From Trichoplax sp. H2 (Eukaryota), in contig NOWV01000129.1 of NCBI GenBank assembly GCA_003344405.1, forward strand, positions 124,001 through 188,000: DNA of 64,000 bases, in the 5' to 3' direction. Position 1 is the stretch's first letter. Each line of letters starts with the position of its first letter. Made by a program: the position numbers and the translations under genes. Positions 58,767 to 64,000 of this stretch are shown one piece after another. The notes below the pieces were generated by a model. It saw only the letters and a program-made list of their open reading frames with translations. It was not told where the DNA came from and did not search any database.

Positions 58767-61700
58767 CTTTCCAAGATGAAAGCTGCTTAAAAATTCGCTG
58801 CATGCTGGGAAGTTCTCCTGGCTTGAGCAAAATCTTCAGTTCCTAAAATCTGTATTTTATTCATAATTAGTCGTTTAGTTAAAAAATAACATCAGGCTAT
58901 TACAGAAAGTGATAGACAAGTACATCGCTAATATCCTATAGATTCGATTTTTTGAAATGCCAATTTATGGTTCCAAGAAAGCGAGGTAGCTTAAACTCTA
59001 TACAACATATTATTCTAGTAACTAATGGAAGGATTGAAAAGCATCTACGTTATTGTCAGCTTACGCGTATTTTTTGCTTTCGTGAAATTATTTGTTGCAA
59101 TCGTAATACTTAATTGAATAAATAGAATTAGGAGATTCAGGATACGAATTTACTTATCAAATTATAGTCGCAATGTGTGTTAACAGCAGCCAATGCTAAC
59201 AGAACCATTCTTGTTTCATTGTGATTTCAATATCATGGATTGCAATCTTTTAACCAGAGGCATAAACATAAACTACTTGCTCGTAAATTATTATCAGAAT
59301 TGCAAATTCTCAAATTTAATATACCTGTAACGATTATATTAACACAAAAAGAGGAGGAAGGGAAAGCATATGCATGATCATTTAGTCTATGATAGAATTA
59401 CTAAGTTTAAAGTTGCCTATTCATTTGTAGCGGTATTGTGAGCAGTCTTAATGCCTATTCTGCATTCAGGAAGGATATCAATTTTTAGGACGAAAAAAGA
59501 CAAAAATGTGGTCAAGATGAACAGGAATATAAATTATTTAACTTTAACTTCGATTCGATAGACGGTAATCATCGTGCACATGCTACGAAACAAACAAGTT
59601 TAAATTATTTCCTTTCAGTAATTAATGTCAACAGAATCATACAAAAATCCAGCACAATATCCGTATCATAAGCATTAAATGTCCTAAGCTACGAATAGTT
59701 AAAAGTACGAAAGGTTATGCGTTATTTATTTTGCTTATATTGTAATGATTGTTATAGTAACCGTATTATACAATGAAAAGTGTATAGTAGTTGGGATATA
59801 GTATTGCAAAAGTGTAACAAATATTCATCAGAAGACAAGGTATTTTATTCCTGATAGAATTAGTGATATTTTTGTATATTTTGTATAGTACTATTTATCA
59901 GATTTGCACAACATGATGTAACCATGCATTAATCCCCGAAAATACTTATATATGCCAAGGTAAGTCCAGATTCTTCGGTTATCATGGATTACTCTCCTGA
60001 CAAAGAATAAGGTAAAGTATGCTGCTCTTCTAGGTTGCTATTGTCAACTACTATTTTAGCTTAGATCTAGAACTACCCTTCTAAACTGCAATCACACAGA
60101 AAAACTTCACAACGTCGAGCTACTTCTACTTTAACGAATACGACCAATACTAAATACTCGGGCTACAAAAACAATTACTAACGGCCAACATTCGCAATTA
60201 CGAGTCAATGACAAAAGTTTTAGTCGACCTAATCTCTATATAGGCAAAAATCAAATACTTAATCTATACTACTCTTGAAGCTGCATTTGAACCGTGACAA
60301 CGGCATATAAATGCTTCATTTAAATCTATGAAAATTATTACAGGCTTTTTTGCTCCTTACAATAGATTATTTTCCAATAAGGCCTTCAAAATTTAATATA
60401 TGGATTAGCAATTAATGGGATAAATTACCGATCATGAATTCTTTTAAATCTTTAATTTCTTCCTCGAAGGCAGTACTATCCACTTTTCAGCTATCTTCGT
60501 CATAGTTGCTGTCTTTCCTTTTGCTGCGCTATTGGCAAGGCTTATTATTCCCGGTTTATGTATCGAATAGATTTAATTGAAATCCGGAGGTTGCTAAAGT
60601 TCTAATTGAGCGTATATTAAGATATATTGTAAAATTAGGTATCCAAGCCAAGATCATGCCAACAGATTAAAGCGTATGGTGGACCCTGAGTAATGGATAT
60701 TATGGGGTTTATGATGACTATAATCGACCATTTATGACATTTTGTGATTTTTGGTCTGATCCAGGATATGTACGGACTCTAATTGAATCGCTATCTCGAG
60801 AAAATGCTAGAAAGAATAGCTATCGTCTAAATTTCTGTTATAATGTTCAACAACAGCTTGTTCATTAATTGGTTAGAAAATCTGCTGGATAAATCTACCA
60901 TGATGACCCTCGTTAACTTAACAGGGACAACGCATATTTGGGTTATATACAATTTTAATGCCGATAATTGACTTGGTTTGTCGAATCGTAGAAATTATTT
61001 GCGCATTGCATTTTGTCAGTACCCTAAATTTTAGAAACACTGGCCATACTGGCCAGTCGTACTGTACTATCATAGATTATATTAGCATTCGTGGCTACAG
61101 ATGCCAACAATGTAGTATTATTCTGATATTCGATGAAGAAATCAACTACTGTATGCATATTCAGACCCAATAAGCAAAACTAATATATGACAAATGGGTC
61201 GTTCTTGATGACAATGAACCTTGGGAAAACAACTTTGGTGATTATTTACACTATAATCCAAACTTCTCTTGCTCTTCTGCAAATTACACGACGAGTTATT
61301 GGATCAGTGGTGTATATATATACCCCACTACTTTATAGTAACCAGGCTATTATTATCTCTATTTTCATTTCCTGACGAGGCAGGAAAAAATCTTAGTGTA
61401 TCATTTCATGCAATCAATAGCATAATTTGAAATAACTTATGTAAGCAATCATGACTATTATAGGGATGTTTATTTTACGTATACTCCCCAGGAATATTTA
61501 ACACAAGAAATTAATAATGATGAATTTTGACCCTATGGCTAAATCTAATCTTAACAATATTCGTTTCATTATTTTTTTTTTAATTATTCTACTTATGTGA
61601 TGCATCAAAGCTCATTTTTGTCGCCTTGAAACAATAAGACTGTTTTGATATGATATTACATTTTTGAAAATTTTTACGAAATGTATCTGTATTGTAAAAT

Positions 61701-62039
61701 TAAAGTGTTTGCTTTAGAATAACAAAAAGGAAGATGAAAATCGATTTTATTTTATACAGTAAAATTGCGCGTCTTACAAGGATGGTTCAAAGATATGATT
61801 ATTCAAGTTTTGTCACGTATAATACTGGAGTGATTAAGTTCTACTAACTAGTTCTGGTAACTTTGATCATTATTCTTCAACCCATTTTAGGGAGAAATTA
61901 GCAGAGGCCTGGCTACTGGATGGCTCAGCTGACAAGATATGTGTAAATAAAGGTTACTAATAAAGTAAAATACTATTGCTAGTGTTTCCATAGCTAATCT
62001 GAGGTACCCTTCACTTAATTTTCGCCATCGACATCGCTC

Positions 62040-62960
62040 GTTATTTTTTATATTTTACTTATTCCCCACTTTAAATTAAATCAATAGTAAACAATTCTTC
62101 TTATTTTTTAACTCTAAAAGATATGAATAACCTTTTAAAGTGTAGATTGATGAGGTTACTTAATTTGTATAGATGATGATAGATTAAAAGAGTTGATGTT
62201 AAATTACTATCTGTGATATATACCAATCACGAAATTCCAAATTTTAGAAAAATAAGGGCTTTATTGAATCTTATACAAAGATCAACTACACACAGCTCTA
62301 CTTTAGCTGAATACTACTACTAAAGACTTCTAGAACGAACTAACAGAATAATCTAAAGTTGCATGCTTTTATACTTTTCGTAGCATTCGCAGCTACAATC
62401 CGCATGGCAACCTTTTACCTTATTTTACACATAGTTAAATTATTCTTAGTAAGACTATTCTACTGCGGACCAACATTAATCTGATATGGATACGACTACA
62501 GTACTTACGTAGACATTATTCACACCAGCCAAAGTACAATGAATTTCGTGACCGGTATATATCACAACCGACTATATGTTTCATAAAGACTAGTGCAAAC
62601 TCCCGTCGCTTTACTGACGGTTTACGATAATGTGCTCATTTAACATCTTTTACGAGGTTCAGTAACTTTATACCGTACCGTATGCTCGGAATTAAGCCGA
62701 TTTTCATACTAATGAGATATTTGTTAAATTTAAAAGGAAAGGATGACATCGGTATATGAGATGCATATCCTTTATTTTCGATATATAAATCGCAGCTTGA
62801 CTCATTAATTATTTAATTTTACTTTTTTCTATCTAAAACAAAATCAATAATAAACAATTCTTATTATTTCTCAACCCTAATAGACGTAAATAATCTTTTG
62901 CAGGTCTGGATATATGAGGCTATTCAATTTATATGATATTTTGAAAGGTTGATATTAATT
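62040..62960. repeat. Two diverged ~160-bp direct repeats (~62040-62200 and ~62810-62960)
   Basis: Both share AAATCAATA.TAAACAATTCTT.TTATTT, ATGAGG.TA.T.AATTT.TAT and GTTGAT.TTAA.TT. Confidence 0.7.
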
Positions 62961-64000
62961 TAGTGTTGAGTATATTTTATAGCTTACAAATACACACAAT
63001 TGACCGAGATTACAGATTTTGTATTTTAATATTAGATAAGATGTTTCAGCTAGTAAATAGGTTAAGGTAGCACATGAAATTAAGCTGATTTGCATATTAA
63101 AAGATCTTTGCTATCTTTAAAAGAAAAAAATATTAAGATTTTATCCTTGTTAACGATTAATATCGGAATATGGATGAAAAATTTCAAATTCAATTTTGAA
63201 GCATATACTATAATCGATGTCATATCAGTATTTGATCCTGATCAATTTAAAAATTACATACGTGCCCAAATAGTTAAAAAATCTATTATTTTTTATTAAG
63301 GTAGTACGCAATTTAATTATATAAATATCTAAAATTGATTAATTTTTAGTAAAATTGATCAGTGCATTTATTTGGTAGAAATAGAAATATTAGCTAGAAA
63401 ATAAAACAATATTATTGGGTATTTCTAGCCATACAACTGCTTTAAAGTCTAGAAATATTGATACCTATGTGGTATGATATTAAATATTTGATTTAAATTT
63501 GACCTTTGAAGGGATTCATTTTAGTATTTAGTGTATATTAACTACAGTAAATAATTAACTAGCAAGGTTGTAATGAAAGATTATCTACAAAATTCATGTT
63601 CTGTACCATGAAAGACTGCATTCAGCGCTATTATTGGACAAGTAAGTGGATTTGAAAGTTTAGAATTTACCATAATTATTATGGAATGGCTCGATATTAT
63701 AAACGAGTCTGTCGTGCATTAAGGTTTCACTATTAATAAATAAAATTAATGATTAATGAAGTGAACTTTTAGAATTGTCTGAAATTTATCGCATTCAATA
63801 CTAGACATGCCTATAATTATGCTGGCATGTTCTGTATTGCGTAAAGGTAGATGATCAGGTGAGGCAACGATTAAAGTCCAATCGATAAATAAATAAGAGC
63901 ATGTAAATGTTAGTAACAGATTAAAATAATTTTCGTTGGCAAGAAAAGAAATATGAAAGATTTTGTTTTAAGGAATACCTACTGTGATATTAGTAGAAGC

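Noticed and set aside
57430-60700. Scattered plus-strand exon-like pieces (57430-57481, 57822-57878, 58210-58280, 59952-59959, 60639-60692)
   Set aside because: Phases do not chain into one coherent protein and there is no homology.

Overview
AT-rich eukaryotic (animal) genomic DNA with compact, intron-rich genes. The low GC, short GT-AG introns and intronless orphan rhodopsin-type GPCR suggest an early-branching metazoan such as a placozoan (Trichoplax-like); this is inference only. By hand-splicing exons I recover TRAPPC1 (+), a Csm1/Pcs1-like monopolin kinetochore gene (-), WWOX (+), ATG16L1-like (-), PIN4 (+), a class A GPCR (-), a signal-peptide/GPI-type aminopeptidase P (XPNPEP2-like, +) and DTYMK (-). 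There is also a probable first exon of an unknown gene at the left and a tentative orphan gene at about 56-58.8 kb. Highlights: (1) an animal Csm1-like gene that the ORF track does not reveal; (2) palindromic (CTGTA/TACAG)n 'GTAC' tracts concentrated at the three divergent housekeeping promoters; (3) a ~1 kb inverted repeat; (4) an alternating A/B tandem array between ATG16L1 and PIN4; (5) a hAT-like MITE with a perfect 8-bp TSD; (6) a GC-AG intron in ATG16L1. All gene models are manual, and homologue comparisons are from memory rather than database searches.
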